Made by a program: the position numbers and the translations under genes
Source: an uncultured Acidobacteriota bacterium
GTDB lineage: Bacteria > Acidobacteriota > Thermoanaerobaculia > Multivoradales > JAHEKO01
NCBI GenBank assembly: GCA_963713825.1
Contig: CAVQNG010000005.1
Span: forward strand, 416,001-480,000
DNA length: 64,000 nucleotides
Reading direction: 5' to 3'
Notes under the pieces: model-generated
What the model was told of the DNA's origin: nothing
The model's input: only the letters and a program-made list of their open reading frames with translations
Databases searched by the model: none
Part shown: positions 19,296-29,253 of the stretch, piece after piece
How the letters are laid out: each line of letters opens with the position of its first letter
Numbering within the stretch: the first letter of the stretch is position 1

Positions 19296-21484
19296 GCATC
19301 TTTCGCCCGAATCTGCGAACAGCATTCCTGGCGCTCGTTCTCATCGGCGCGCTGTGGGCCGCTGTCAGCCCTGGTGGCCAGGATCGACTTCTGGCAGCGG
19401 ATTCCGCGGCGACTTCTAGTCGGGGAAGCCAGCCGGCTGCAGGACCGGCCAGGGCAGTCCAGGCGAGTCCGCGGCTTGCGGTTCCGAGTCGACTGCGTGT
19501 CGGGCTGGCGACCGACCTCGAGGAGTTGGTGCTGCCCTGTTGTGACGGCGACCTGATTGCCGAGGCGAATGGTCGGGTCGTGGCGCAGGTGAGCTCTTTG
19601 AAGGTCGAGCCTGGAGTCGAGATCAAGACACCAGCCGTGTACCGATTGCAGGCGGCGGCGCTCAAGGACGAATCACAGGCACAGGGACTGGCGAAACAGC
19701 TGGGCAGTCGGTTCGGCTTGCCCGCCGACGTTGTTTTCGATGCCGGGATCGATCTCTACCGGGTGCGGGTCGGACGCTTTCCAACTCGCGATGAGGCCGT
19801 TGCTGGACAGCGCAGGTTGATCGGCGCCGGGCTCAGTGGTGCGTGGATCGTCAGCGAGCAGGCCGACCTGGGAGAGGCCGAGCTGCGGATGACGCTGGGC
19901 GGGAAGACCTATCATTCGCCAGGGCGTTGGCTGACAGTGCGCAGCGGTTCGGGTAACGGGATCCGATTCAAGAACGCGCGGTACCGCGGCGATCTGCTCG
20001 TCTATCTGAACGATCGGGGCCTGCTCAACGTCATCAACGAGCTACCCGTGGAGGAGTATCTGAGAGGGGTCGTGCCGCGGGAAATGGGCCCTGGGGAGTA
20101 TGGGCAGATCGAGGCTCTCAAAGCTCAGACGGTGGCGGCCCGAACCTACACCCTGAAGAACCTCGGCGAGTTCCAGGCAGAGGGTTACGACATCTGCGCG
20201 ACGCCGCGATGTCAGGTCTATGGTGGGATGTCCGTTGAACACCCCCTGACGGATCGGGCGATCGCTGAGACTGCTGGCGAAGTACTGGTCTGGAATGAGG
20301 AGCTGGTCGAGGCCCTCTACAGCTCCACCTGTGGCGGGCACACCGAGAACGTCAGCCTCATCTTTCCCCAGAAGGACGCGCCCTATTTGAAGGGCGTCTC
20401 TTGTCTGGAAGCCGGCGTCGATCGTGTCGACTCGCGGTTGCCTCGCGGTATGGAGTTTCCTGCCGGGCTCCTGGATCAGCTGATGCCGCCCAGCGGCACG
20501 AGGCTGACGGCGGAGGTCGTCGGGGCGCGACTCGAGCACCTGGCCCTGATGGCCGGGCTGCCGATTCCCCGGGATCGTCTGGCCTCTCTGGAGCGACAGG
20601 AGGTGCAACGCTTCATCGCCTCGATCTTCGATCTGGCTTTGGATGCGCGCCTGTTTGTCTCGCCTGCGGACCTGCCCTACCTCTTGGACGAGCCACCGGC
20701 CGATTGGTCGGAGGAAGACCTGCAGCTGGCGGCCTATCTGATGAAGAGTGGTCTGTTGGCCGGTGACCTCAACGAGCCACTGACGGCGGCGGAGATCGAC
20801 GAGACGCTGTACAGGCTGGCCATCTACTTGCGGGTGGTTGAGATGATCGAGGCGCGGTACCTCGGGCTCGAAGGGGGACAGCTTCAGGTTCGACTGGCCG
20901 AGGAAGATGCCTCGTATGTCGTCGGTGATCGGCTGGCGACCTTTCGCCAGTTTGGTTCGAGCACAGTCAGCTCTTCGCTGGCGCTGCTGGCTGGCGACTG
21001 GATGGAGCTCTACCTTCACAACGACCAGCTAGTGGCCCTGGTGCACCAGGTCGAGACTGCTGGGGCGACCTATGACCGGAGCAGCAAACGCAGTTCGTGG
21101 ACTCGATTTCGCAGCGATCGGCAGCTGACGGAAATGGTCAACGATCGCTACCCGGGGCTCGGGTTTCAGGGTCTCGAGATTCTCGAGCGGGGAGTGTCGG
21201 GACGGGTAGGCAGAATGAAGGTGCTGGGCGACGGTGGGCGGTCCGAGGTCATCGAAGGACTGGCGGTGCGCTGGACGCTGGATGTGCCCGACACCCTGTT
21301 CACCGCCAAGCGTCTGACACCTCCCGACAAGTCGCCCGGCTGGCTTTTCACGGGACGAGGCTGGGGACATGGCGTCGGAATGTGCCAGATCGGGGCCTTC
21401 GGGATGGCGATCCGCGGCCACTCCTATCAGGACATTCTGCGACACTACTACACCGGAATCGACATCGTACGCACAACGCCTTGA
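19292..21484 (+). CDS. SpoIID/LytB domain protein with SPOR domain
   Basis: YRVRVGRF (SPOR); EEYLRGVVPREM, EALKAQTVAARTY, CQVYGG, GWGHGVGMCQ. Confidence 0.92.
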   Translation: MSIFRPNLRTAFLALVLIGALWAAVSPGGQDRLLAADSAATSSRGSQPAAGPARAVQASPRLAVPSRLRVGLATDLEELVLPCCDGDLIAEANGRVVAQVSSLKVEPGVEIKTPAVYRLQAAALKDESQAQGLAKQLGSRFGLPADVVFDAGIDLYRVRVGRFPTRDEAVAGQRRLIGAGLSGAWIVSEQADLGEAELRMTLGGKTYHSPGRWLTVRSGSGNGIRFKNARYRGDLLVYLNDRGLLNVINELPVEEYLRGVVPREMGPGEYGQIEALKAQTVAARTYTLKNLGEFQAEGYDICATPRCQVYGGMSVEHPLTDRAIAETAGEVLVWNEELVEALYSSTCGGHTENVSLIFPQKDAPYLKGVSCLEAGVDRVDSRLPRGMEFPAGLLDQLMPPSGTRLTAEVVGARLEHLALMAGLPIPRDRLASLERQEVQRFIASIFDLALDARLFVSPADLPYLLDEPPADWSEEDLQLAAYLMKSGLLAGDLNEPLTAAEIDETLYRLAIYLRVVEMIEARYLGLEGGQLQVRLAEEDASYVVGDRLATFRQFGSSTVSSSLALLAGDWMELYLHNDQLVALVHQVETAGATYDRSSKRSSWTRFRSDRQLTEMVNDRYPGLGFQGLEILERGVSGRVGRMKVLGDGGRSEVIEGLAVRWTLDVPDTLFTAKRLTPPDKSPGWLFTGRGWGHGVGMCQIGAFGMAIRGHSYQDILRHYYTGIDIVRTTP

Positions 21485-21996
21485 GGGGTTGAGGCGGCTG
21501 TCGCTTGCTCCAGCCGATCTTTGCGGGCTTGGGGATGAGGAGCCCGGTCGTACCTCCGGTCTATCTTTGGGGCAGTGGGGCCCCCGACCATGCCCCTCCG
21601 ACGATGGAGGCCTCTGACCCGATCTGCCGCCTTCGAGGCGCATCGAGATTCCGACTACTGACTCACCCCTGACGCCCCTAAGCCCCTACACCCCTAGGCC
21701 CTCAACGGTGAAAGAGGTTCGTTCGGGTGGTTCGACAGGGGGCGCCGAGTCGAGCGCGGCGCAAGGCCCTTGATAGGGCACAGGAGATGGGGCGCGATGA
21801 CGAGACGAGGTGGCGGCCACCCATTGCAGTCTGAGTAGACGACGCCGTCCCCCGGCGAGCCACCCGGACGGACCTCTACGAGAAGAGAATCCAAGCCAGG
21901 TTCCAGGCCGGTCAGGGGCCGGTTGGAGCTAGCGACAGCCGCCCCAACCTCAAGTCCTCAGAGATCGGCCGAAGGAACGACGGCCGCTTCAACCCC
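21485..21996 (+). repeat. Modular non-coding repeat, copy A (T-T-X(degenerate)-microsatellite-Y-T'-T')
   Basis: Starts GGGGTTGAGGCG right after a TGA stop and ends CGCTTCAACCCC; Y hairpin 21714-21876; similar to five other loci. Confidence 0.85.
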
Positions 21997-22044
21997 CAGA
22001 GCCAATTGCCCTCGCCAGGTGGGCGCGATAGCATCCGGGACGTC

Positions 22045-23235
22045 ATGACCATAGCCAGCGAGCAAACTACAAGCACGAGCGTGTGCGATTTTTCCCTGAC
22101 TTCAGACCAGAAGGTCGTTCGGGAGGCCGCCCGAGACTTTGCCAGGCAGGAAATCGATCCTCTGGTCGAAGAGCTAGACGAGAGTCAGCATTTTCCGCTC
22201 GAGCTCTTCGCCAAAGCTGGAGAGCTGGGCTTCCTTGGAGTGATCTTTCCCGAGGAGTATGGCGGCTCCGGCCTGGGATACGTGGACTACGTGCTGGTCA
22301 TCACCGAGATCTCCAAGGTCGATCCTGCCATCGGTCTGAGTGTTGCAGCCCACAATTCCCTGTGCAGCAACCACATCTACAAGTTCGGCGACGAGGAGCA
22401 ACGACAGCGTTGGCTGGTGCCTCTAGCCAGCGGCACGAAGATCGGAGCGTGGAGCCTCACCGAGCCGGACGCCGGGTCGGACGCCGCCGGCACTCGGACC
22501 CGAGCCGAGCGAGTCGAGGGTGGCTGGATCCTCAATGGCTCCAAAACCTTCATCACCCATGGTTCGGTGGGCGACATCTGCGTGGTCATGGCGGTGACGG
22601 ATCCAGAGGGTCCTCGCCATCACAATCTTTCGGCCTTCGTGCTCGAGAAGGGGATGAAGGGCTTTCGCCCTGGCAAGAAGGAGAACAAGCTGGGAAGCAG
22701 GGCCTCCGATACGTCGGAAGTCATTATGGAAGACTGCTTCGTGCCCGATGGGCACCTTCTCGGCGAGCGTGGAGAGGGCTTCATTCAGGCCGTGAAGATC
22801 CTCGATGGAGGTCGCATTTCCATTGCCGCTCTCGGCCTGGGTACGGCAATCGGTGCCTATGAAACAGCACTGGCCTACGCCAAGGAGCGTGTGCAGTTCG
22901 GCAAGCCGATCGCGGAGTTCCAGGCGATCCGCTTCCATCTGGCGGAGATGGCGACGCGCATTGCGGCTGCCGAGGCGCTGACCATGGCGGCGGCGCTGAA
23001 AATGGACCAGGGCAAAAGGGTGACGCGGCTTGCCGCCGAGGCCAAGCTCTACACCGGCGAGACCGCCGTCTTCTGCGCCGAGCGGGGGGTCCAGATTCAC
23101 GGCGGCTATGGATACATCAAAGACTACAGGGCCGAGAAGTTCTACCGGGATTGCAAGATCTGCACGATCGGCGAGGGCACGAGCGAGATCCAGAGGCTGG
23201 TCATCGCCCGCCAGCTGTTGCGTGAACGTCGGTAG
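22045..23235 (+). CDS. Acyl-CoA dehydrogenase
   Basis: LTEPDAGSDAA, NGSKTFIT, GGRISIAA, QIHGGYGY, IGEGTSEIQR. Confidence 0.95.
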   Translation: MTIASEQTTSTSVCDFSLTSDQKVVREAARDFARQEIDPLVEELDESQHFPLELFAKAGELGFLGVIFPEEYGGSGLGYVDYVLVITEISKVDPAIGLSVAAHNSLCSNHIYKFGDEEQRQRWLVPLASGTKIGAWSLTEPDAGSDAAGTRTRAERVEGGWILNGSKTFITHGSVGDICVVMAVTDPEGPRHHNLSAFVLEKGMKGFRPGKKENKLGSRASDTSEVIMEDCFVPDGHLLGERGEGFIQAVKILDGGRISIAALGLGTAIGAYETALAYAKERVQFGKPIAEFQAIRFHLAEMATRIAAAEALTMAAALKMDQGKRVTRLAAEAKLYTGETAVFCAERGVQIHGGYGYIKDYRAEKFYRDCKICTIGEGTSEIQRLVIARQLLRERR

Positions 23236-23263
23236 AGCCGGGACCTACCTGCCGAGTGAAACC

Positions 23264-23686
23264 ATGATCGAAGGCATCGACCACATCGGCATCGCTGTGC
23301 GGTCGATCGAGGAGGCTCGGGCCTTCTACGAGGCTCTTGGCCTGAAGGTGGAGGCCGTCGAGGAAGTGCCTCACGAAGGCGTTCGCGTCGCTCTCATCCC
23401 TTGCGGCAATGTCCGCATCGAGTTGCTGGAGTCGACTGCCGAGGAGTCACCTGTTGGAAAGTTCCTTGCGAAACGGGGCCCCGGGCTGCACCATTTGTGC
23501 TTGACCACCGACGACGTCAAGGCGGATGACGCAGCCCTTCGGCAGTCCGGCTTCCGAGTTCTGCGACCTCAGCCAACTCGAGGAGCGGGTGGCTGTTGGG
23601 TGCAGTTCGTGCACCCCGAGAGCACCGGCGGTGTGCTTCTCGAGCTCTCGCAGCAGGCCGACGACGAGACTGACGAGACTGAATAG
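23264..23686 (+). CDS. mce: Methylmalonyl-CoA epimerase (VOC family)
   Basis: IDHIGIAV, IELLE, RGPGLHHLC, FVHPESTGGVLLEL; start ATG 23264. Confidence 0.88.
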   Translation: MIEGIDHIGIAVRSIEEARAFYEALGLKVEAVEEVPHEGVRVALIPCGNVRIELLESTAEESPVGKFLAKRGPGLHHLCLTTDDVKADDAALRQSGFRVLRPQPTRGAGGCWVQFVHPESTGGVLLELSQQADDETDETE

Positions 23687-23712
23687 AGCAGGCAACCGGG
23701 ACGGAGCATGCC

Positions 23713-24045
23713 ATGTTGCAACGAGACTCCATCGTCATCGTCCATTTGGTGAATCCGACCGAGAAGTTCTGGGGAGTCCTCCAGGACCTGGACCCGAGCG
23801 GCCTCATGCTGCGGGGCTTGAGCGTCACCAGTTTCGATGACTGGATGTTCCAGGTCGCGCGACAGGAGGATCAGGCGCTGGGTCTGTCCACCATGTTCGT
23901 GCCGTTGTTCCGGGTGGAGCGGATCTTTCTGGACGAGCAGATCGGCGAGGTCGAGAGCTATCGCCAACGCTTCCAGACCCAGGTCGGCGAACCAGTGGAG
24001 CGTTTCATCGGCATCGAGGCGCCCGAAACTGAAGTGCCCTCCTAA
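23713..24045 (+). CDS. Conserved hypothetical protein (possible Sm/LSm-like beta fold)
   Basis: 110 aa, SD present, NPTEKFWGVL..MFVPLFRVERIFLDE; fold is an inference. Confidence 0.7.
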   Translation: MLQRDSIVIVHLVNPTEKFWGVLQDLDPSGLMLRGLSVTSFDDWMFQVARQEDQALGLSTMFVPLFRVERIFLDEQIGEVESYRQRFQTQVGEPVERFIGIEAPETEVPS

Positions 24046-24055
24046 CGTCGGGCCA

Positions 24056-24329
24056 GACCTCTGGCACCGGTGAAAGCACTAGGGGCTTAGGAGCATAGTG
24101 GCGTAAGGGCTTAGGGCAGTAGGGGGAGAGGGGCCTAAGGGTGTAACAGGCGTGTCAGTAGCCGGATTCGTCATGTGTGTTGAAGGTGGTAGATCGGGCC
24201 AGGGAGACCCATGGCTCGATCGGCGGTCTCGATCCCCAAGCCCCAAAGGCCGGCCGAGACGAAGTGCGGCCGGTTCAACCCCCAAGCCCTCAAAGAGCGT
24301 CCGGGAGGCACGACCGGACGCCTCAACCC
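24056..24329 (-). repeat. Modular repeat, copy B (partial, reverse; Y lost, X internally deleted)
   Basis: TAGGGGC microsatellite, GATCGGGCCAGGGAGACCCATGGCTCGATC, then two inverted T units ending CGCCTCAACCC. Confidence 0.75.
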
Positions 24330-24334
24330 TCAAA

Positions 24335-24360
24335 CCCTGACGCCCGTTCGGGCGTCGGGA
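24335..24360 (-). terminator. Hairpin at the 3' end of the minus-strand gene
   Basis: CCTGACGCCCG-TT-CGGGCGTCGGG. Confidence 0.55.
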
Positions 24361-25146
24361 CTAGAACTGCACGTGTTGGATGAAGAACTCGGAGGCGTCT
24401 AGCTGGTTGTCGGCCAGTGCCACCGCCACGGCTCGCGTCATGTGGAACTGCCCCGCGCGATCCCGGTCCGAGGTCGAGAGCAGTAGCTCGAAACTCTGGA
24501 TCTGATCCGGGTACCGGTTCAGCAGATGCAGCAGGGTGTCGGCCGCCGCATCGAGGCTGCGAAAGACGGCGGCTTCGGAATTGGTCGTCACTTCGAGGAA
24601 GGCCCGGGTCGGGTCGCTGCCCTGATGGATTTTGGCGCCTTCGATTCCCAGCGTGTGAAGGAAGCGGGTTGCTTCAGCCGAGATCTCCATCTCCGAATAG
24701 GGTGCTCGAGGGAACGTCGTCAAGTCGACGGCACCCGTCTCGATACGTTGGTGGGCAACGTCCGGTGTCGTAGTTGCCTGTCGACGAGCCTGCGGGCGGC
24801 TCAAGGCACTGGAATCGGGCTTCGACGCAACGTCGGTGAGTCGCTGCTCTTTCTGCTCGGTTGGTTTGATCTGAGCCTCGACGAGCTGACCATCCTCCAG
24901 AACGAGAGCCGTGCCGTAGTCGCCGATGTTTGCCTGCTTGGTGCGTGGGATGTCGATCTCGGAAGCTTCGATGAACGTCCGCGTGCCGTTCTGCAGAACG
25001 ATGATGGCTTTGCCTTCCTCGATAAGGTGCTTCTCCTTGGCGATGAGTCGCGAGCCATCCTTGAGATAGATCGTGTAGGCGTTGGCCGGAATCGCCATGA
25101 TGGCGACCATCAGTATGCTGAGCAGAATCGTTAGCTGTCGATGCAT
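24361..25146 (-). CDS. Secreted hypothetical protein
   Basis: Signal peptide MHRQLTILLS..ANA followed by YTIYLKDGS. Confidence 0.75.
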   Translation of the reverse strand: MHRQLTILLSILMVAIMAIPANAYTIYLKDGSRLIAKEKHLIEEGKAIIVLQNGTRTFIEASEIDIPRTKQANIGDYGTALVLEDGQLVEAQIKPTEQKEQRLTDVASKPDSSALSRPQARRQATTTPDVAHQRIETGAVDLTTFPRAPYSEMEISAEATRFLHTLGIEGAKIHQGSDPTRAFLEVTTNSEAAVFRSLDAAADTLLHLLNRYPDQIQSFELLLSTSDRDRAGQFHMTRAVAVALADNQLDASEFFIQHVQF

Positions 25147-25333
25147 GATCTCTTTCGCGGGCCTGGTTGTCGGCTCGCTCTCCTTGTCTCTTGTTCTATT
25201 CTCGGACACTCTGCCTGGAATCACTGGCGGAATTTGTCACCAACTCGCCTGTCTTTAGCTCTGCTATGATAGCGCGTCCCTGGCCCGGCCGCGAAACCAA
25301 CGGAGCTCGGAAACCTCTCCAGAAAGACAACTT

Positions 25334-26374
25334 ATGCTCGTAGTCATGCGCATGGATGCCTCGCCCGATGAGATCGAGGGCGTGGTGAGCCGGGTCGAGT
25401 CCCACGGTCTGAAGGCGAATGCAATCGCCGGTGCCCAGCGGACGGCCGTCGGCATTACGGGCAATATCGGCGTTGTCGAGCCGGGTTTGTTCGAGTCTCT
25501 GCCCGGCGTGCTCGAGGTCATTCAGGTCTCGCACCCTTACAAGCTCGTGTCGCGGGAATTTCGGGCCGAGAACACGATTCTCGAGGTCGGTGGTGTGGCG
25601 ATCGGTGGTCGGGATCTTCTGATCATAGCCGGTCCCTGTTCTGTGGAGAGTTTCGAGCAGACGCTCCGCATTGCCGAGATCGTCAAGAATTGCGGCGGCC
25701 ATCTCTTGCGTGGTGGGGCCTTCAAGCCGCGCACCAGCCCCTACAGCTTTCAGGGCCTGGGGCTCGAAGCTTTGAAGATACTAGCCAGAGTGCGGGATGC
25801 GACGGGGCTGCCGGTGGTAACCGAGGCTCTGGACATCGACGTGCTGGACGATGTGGCCGAGTATGCCGATATCGTCCAGATCGGAGCCCGCAACATGCAG
25901 AACTACACGCTGCTGCGGCGGGCCGGGCGTTGCGGGCGCCCCGTCCTCCTGAAGCGGGGCATGAATGCGACCGTGACAGAGTTGATGCTGGCTGCCGAGT
26001 ACATCCTCGACCAGGGCAACGAGCAGGTCATTCTGTGTGAGCGGGGCATTCGGACCTTTGCCGATCACACACGCAATACGCTGGATGTCGCCGCGATACC
26101 GGCCGTCAAGAGGCTCAGCCACCTGCCGATCATCGCCGATCCGAGCCATGCCGCCGGCCAGCGTGACAAGGTCCTTCCTCTAGCACGAGCCTCCATCGCA
26201 GTGGGAGCCGACGGCTTGATGGTCGAGGTTCACGACCAGCCGAACGAAGCTCTTTCCGACGGTAATCAGGCTCTCCTGCCCGAACAGTTCATCGAGCTCA
26301 TGGAGGAGATTCGCCTCTTGGCTCCGGTTCTGGACCGCCAAGTTCCGAGCCAGGCGAGTCGACGACCGGTTTGA
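25334..26374 (+). CDS. aroF: DAHP synthase, class I-beta with N-terminal regulatory domain
   Basis: [42 protein letters not shown]. Confidence 0.95.
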   Translation: MLVVMRMDASPDEIEGVVSRVESHGLKANAIAGAQRTAVGITGNIGVVEPGLFESLPGVLEVIQVSHPYKLVSREFRAENTILEVGGVAIGGRDLLIIAGPCSVESFEQTLRIAEIVKNCGGHLLRGGAFKPRTSPYSFQGLGLEALKILARVRDATGLPVVTEALDIDVLDDVAEYADIVQIGARNMQNYTLLRRAGRCGRPVLLKRGMNATVTELMLAAEYILDQGNEQVILCERGIRTFADHTRNTLDVAAIPAVKRLSHLPIIADPSHAAGQRDKVLPLARASIAVGADGLMVEVHDQPNEALSDGNQALLPEQFIELMEEIRLLAPVLDRQVPSQASRRPV

Positions 26375-27474
26375 AGTCGTCCCCCAGCGCTCTACTCGTG
26401 CTCGAAGATGGGTCAGCCTTCGAGGGCAGGGCAGTCGGGGAGGGGACGAGTTTTGGCGAGGTGGTGTTCAACACCTCGATGACCGGGTATCAGGAGATCC
26501 TCACCGATCCCTCGTACCGGGGGCAGATCGTCGTCATGACCCTGCCTCACATCGGCAACTACGGGGTCGCGAGCTCGGTCGCCGAATCGGCACGGCCGTG
26601 GGTCGAGGGTTTCGTGGCCCGTCAGTTCACCTCCCGCCCTTCCAGTCACGGCAGTGAAGAGGGACTGATCTCCTACCTCCGTCGCCATCACCTGCCGGCG
26701 ATCGACGGGGTCGATACCAGAGCCATTGTTCGCCGAGTGCGAGAACGTGGCGCTCTGCGTGGCGTTCTGACCTCGGAGCGCTCGGACGTCAGTGCCCTGG
26801 TGGCCGAGGTGCAGGAGTATCCCCTCATGGCTGGCCGAGCGCTGGTGGACGAAGTCACTTGCGCCGAGAGCTTCGAGTTGGCTCCCGAAGACCGAGACCC
26901 CGATTTCCACCTGGCGGTGTATGACTTCGGGGTCAAGAGCAACATCCTGAGATCGTTGGTTCGACGCGGGGCGCGGGTCACCGTGTTGCCGGCTCGCACA
27001 CCCTGGCGGCACTGCATCGACCTCGGAGTCGATGGGGTGCTGCTGTCCAACGGTCCTGGCGACCCCGAGCCTCTCGCGGAGGTGATCGAGAATGTGCGCG
27101 GTCTGGTCTCCTCGGGCGTGCCGCTGTTCGGCATCTGTCTCGGCCATCAGCTTCTGGGCCTGGGGGTTGGGGGACAGACCTTCAAGCTGAAGTTCGGCCA
27201 CCATGGCGGCAATCAGCCCGTCAAGGACTTGTCGACCGGGCGCGTTCTCATCACCAGCCAGAATCACGGCTTCGCGGTGGATCCCGATTCCCTGCCGGAC
27301 AACTGCCGAGTCAGCCAGGTGAATCTGAACGACGGTACCGTCGAGGCCTTCGTGGTCGAGAATCGGCCCGTGCTTTCGGCCCAGTATCATCCCGAGGCCG
27401 CGCCTGGACCCCACGACGCAGCCGAGCTTTTCGACAGCTTCTTGCAGACGGTGGTCGAGAGAGTAGCTAAGTAG
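26371..27474 (+). CDS. carA: Carbamoyl-phosphate synthase small subunit
   Basis: GEVVFNTSMTGYQE, SNGPGDP, GICLGHQ, QYHPEA. Confidence 0.97.
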   Translation: MKSSPSALLVLEDGSAFEGRAVGEGTSFGEVVFNTSMTGYQEILTDPSYRGQIVVMTLPHIGNYGVASSVAESARPWVEGFVARQFTSRPSSHGSEEGLISYLRRHHLPAIDGVDTRAIVRRVRERGALRGVLTSERSDVSALVAEVQEYPLMAGRALVDEVTCAESFELAPEDRDPDFHLAVYDFGVKSNILRSLVRRGARVTVLPARTPWRHCIDLGVDGVLLSNGPGDPEPLAEVIENVRGLVSSGVPLFGICLGHQLLGLGVGGQTFKLKFGHHGGNQPVKDLSTGRVLITSQNHGFAVDPDSLPDNCRVSQVNLNDGTVEAFVVENRPVLSAQYHPEAAPGPHDAAELFDSFLQTVVERVAK

Positions 27475-27476
27475 CC

Positions 27477-28733
27477 GTGAGCGCTAGAGGTCGAACATCA
27501 GCCCCGCTCTTGTGGTCCATTGCCTGGCGATTCCTACGCGGTAGGGAAAGCCAACTCTTGACCGGCACGGCTCGCGCGGCCCTGATTGCCACGCTCTTGG
27601 GGGTCATGGCGATGGTGATCGCCATGGCACTGATGACCGGCTACCGGAAGGACTTGCGCCGCAAGCTGGTGCGCGGCAATGCAGCCATCATCGCCTACCC
27701 GATGCTCGGCTCCGACGCGATGGTGGAGGAGGGCGATCGGGAGGCTTTGGAGGCTCTGCCCGGCGTCAACGATGTGCGAACTGTGGTCTACGGGCAAGGA
27801 GCACTGGTCGGAGGTCAGGCGCTCGACGGCCTGGAGGTCACGCTGCGGGGTGTCGATGCATCCACCAAGCTGGCCGACCTCGGTGCCGTCGAGCTCGTGT
27901 CGGATTTCAAGGACGGGGAGAGTCTGCTTCGCGATGGCAGACTGGGCGTCGTTCTCGGTAGCGAGTTGGCCCGCAGATTGGCGGCGGAGCCCGGGGAAAC
28001 CCTGCGCCTCATGGTCCTCGGACTTCATCAGGGGCGGCCGCGCTTCCGCTACCGCAGCGTCGAGCTGGCCGGTGTCTTCACGACCGGCTTCTCGGAGTTC
28101 GATCAGGCGTGGGTGGTGACCGACCGCGACGAGCTGATTCGACTGTCTGGGGGGGAGGCCGGATCTTCGTTGGTGGAGATTGCGCTGGATGATCCAGATC
28201 AGGCGGAGGAGGTGGCTGAGCAGGTGAGGGCTGTGCTGGAGTCGGAGTTTCTGGTCACCCACTGGCGAGATTTGAATCGCGAGCTGTTCACGGCGCTGCG
28301 GGTGCAGCAGATTGCACTGTTCTTCGTTCTGGGCTTGATCGTGGTGGTCTCCACCTTCAATGTCGCTTCGAGCCTGGTTGTCCTGGTACGAGAGAAGATG
28401 CGGGACATCGGTTCGCTGGCAGCGATCGGCCTGGCTCCAGGGGACCTGCGGACGATCTTCCTGCTCTATGGCCTGGGTCTCGGAGCTGTGGGTACGCTGG
28501 CCGGGATCGGCCTCGGAGCCCTTGCTTCCTGGGTCCTGACCCATTTCGAGCTGATCCGATTCGAGCCGGAGCTGGCGGCCATCTATTTCATCAGCTCGGT
28601 ACCCTTCCGAATCGAGCTGCATGACATCCTGGCGGTGACCCTGTTCTCGCTGACAGTCACCGTTGTTGCCTGTTGGGTCCCCGCCCGCCGTGCCGCCTCG
28701 GTCCTTCCTGCCACGGCGCTACGCTACGAGTAG
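27477..28733 (+). CDS. LolC/E-like ABC transporter permease
   Basis: IAWRFLR N-terminal TM, periplasmic MacB-like domain, FNVASSLVVLVREK, PARRAA..ALRYE. Confidence 0.88.
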   Translation: MSARGRTSAPLLWSIAWRFLRGRESQLLTGTARAALIATLLGVMAMVIAMALMTGYRKDLRRKLVRGNAAIIAYPMLGSDAMVEEGDREALEALPGVNDVRTVVYGQGALVGGQALDGLEVTLRGVDASTKLADLGAVELVSDFKDGESLLRDGRLGVVLGSELARRLAAEPGETLRLMVLGLHQGRPRFRYRSVELAGVFTTGFSEFDQAWVVTDRDELIRLSGGEAGSSLVEIALDDPDQAEEVAEQVRAVLESEFLVTHWRDLNRELFTALRVQQIALFFVLGLIVVVSTFNVASSLVVLVREKMRDIGSLAAIGLAPGDLRTIFLLYGLGLGAVGTLAGIGLGALASWVLTHFELIRFEPELAAIYFISSVPFRIELHDILAVTLFSLTVTVVACWVPARRAASVLPATALRYE

Positions 28734-28740
28734 AGCGGCA

Positions 28741-29210
28741 GGGGTTGAGGCGTCCGGTCGTTTCTCCCGGCCGATCTCTGGGGCTTGAGTCCCGGGTCCT
28801 GAACAGACGACTGTTTTCTTGAAGAGGTCCGTCCGGGTGGTCCGCAGGCGGACGGTGGCAGCTCATCAGACTGCGACGGGCTGGCCGCCACCTCGTCTCG
28901 TCATCGCGCCTCATCTGATGTGTTCTCTCGTGGCCCTTGCGCCGCGCTCGACGAGGCGCCCCCTTTCGCACCACCCGAACGAACCTCTGGCACCATCAGG
29001 GGCATAAGGGCATAGGGCAAATAGGGCGTAGGGGGCGATTCAGGAGCCGGATTCTTGATGTGTCTCGACGGTGGGTAGATCGGGCCATGGGTCTCCCTCG
29101 TCGGAGGGGCATGGTCGGGTGAGGCCGCAGACGAGGGAGATCCCTGGTTCGATCGGCCTCCTCAACCCCCGAGAGGACGCCGTCCCCCGGCGGACTACCC
29201 GGACGGACCT
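28741..29210 (-). repeat. Modular repeat, copy C (reverse: T-Y-microsatellite-X-T fragment-extra Y arm)
   Basis: Y 28824-28987, X 29078-29154; close inverted match to copy D. Confidence 0.88.
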
Positions 29211-29253
29211 TAGCTCACAGGTGGTCGAATTGGGGGAGTGTAGGATTCCTCCT

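Noticed and set aside
21714-21876. Y module as a hammerhead ribozyme or group II intron fragment
   Set aside because: No CUGAnGA/GAAA core, no domain V or GUGYG end, and no RT gene recognised
21694-21894. Similar short ORFs in repeat copies (PPPRLVIAPHL..STRRPLSNHPN; also 28819, 32034, 42356, 49252)
   Set aside because: Starts, stops and frames differ between copies; similarity follows from the DNA repeat, though a repeat-derived peptide cannot be fully excluded
29071-29253. N-terminal extension of the GT-C-like ORF
   Set aside because: It is translated repeat module X; GTG 29254 is the more plausible start
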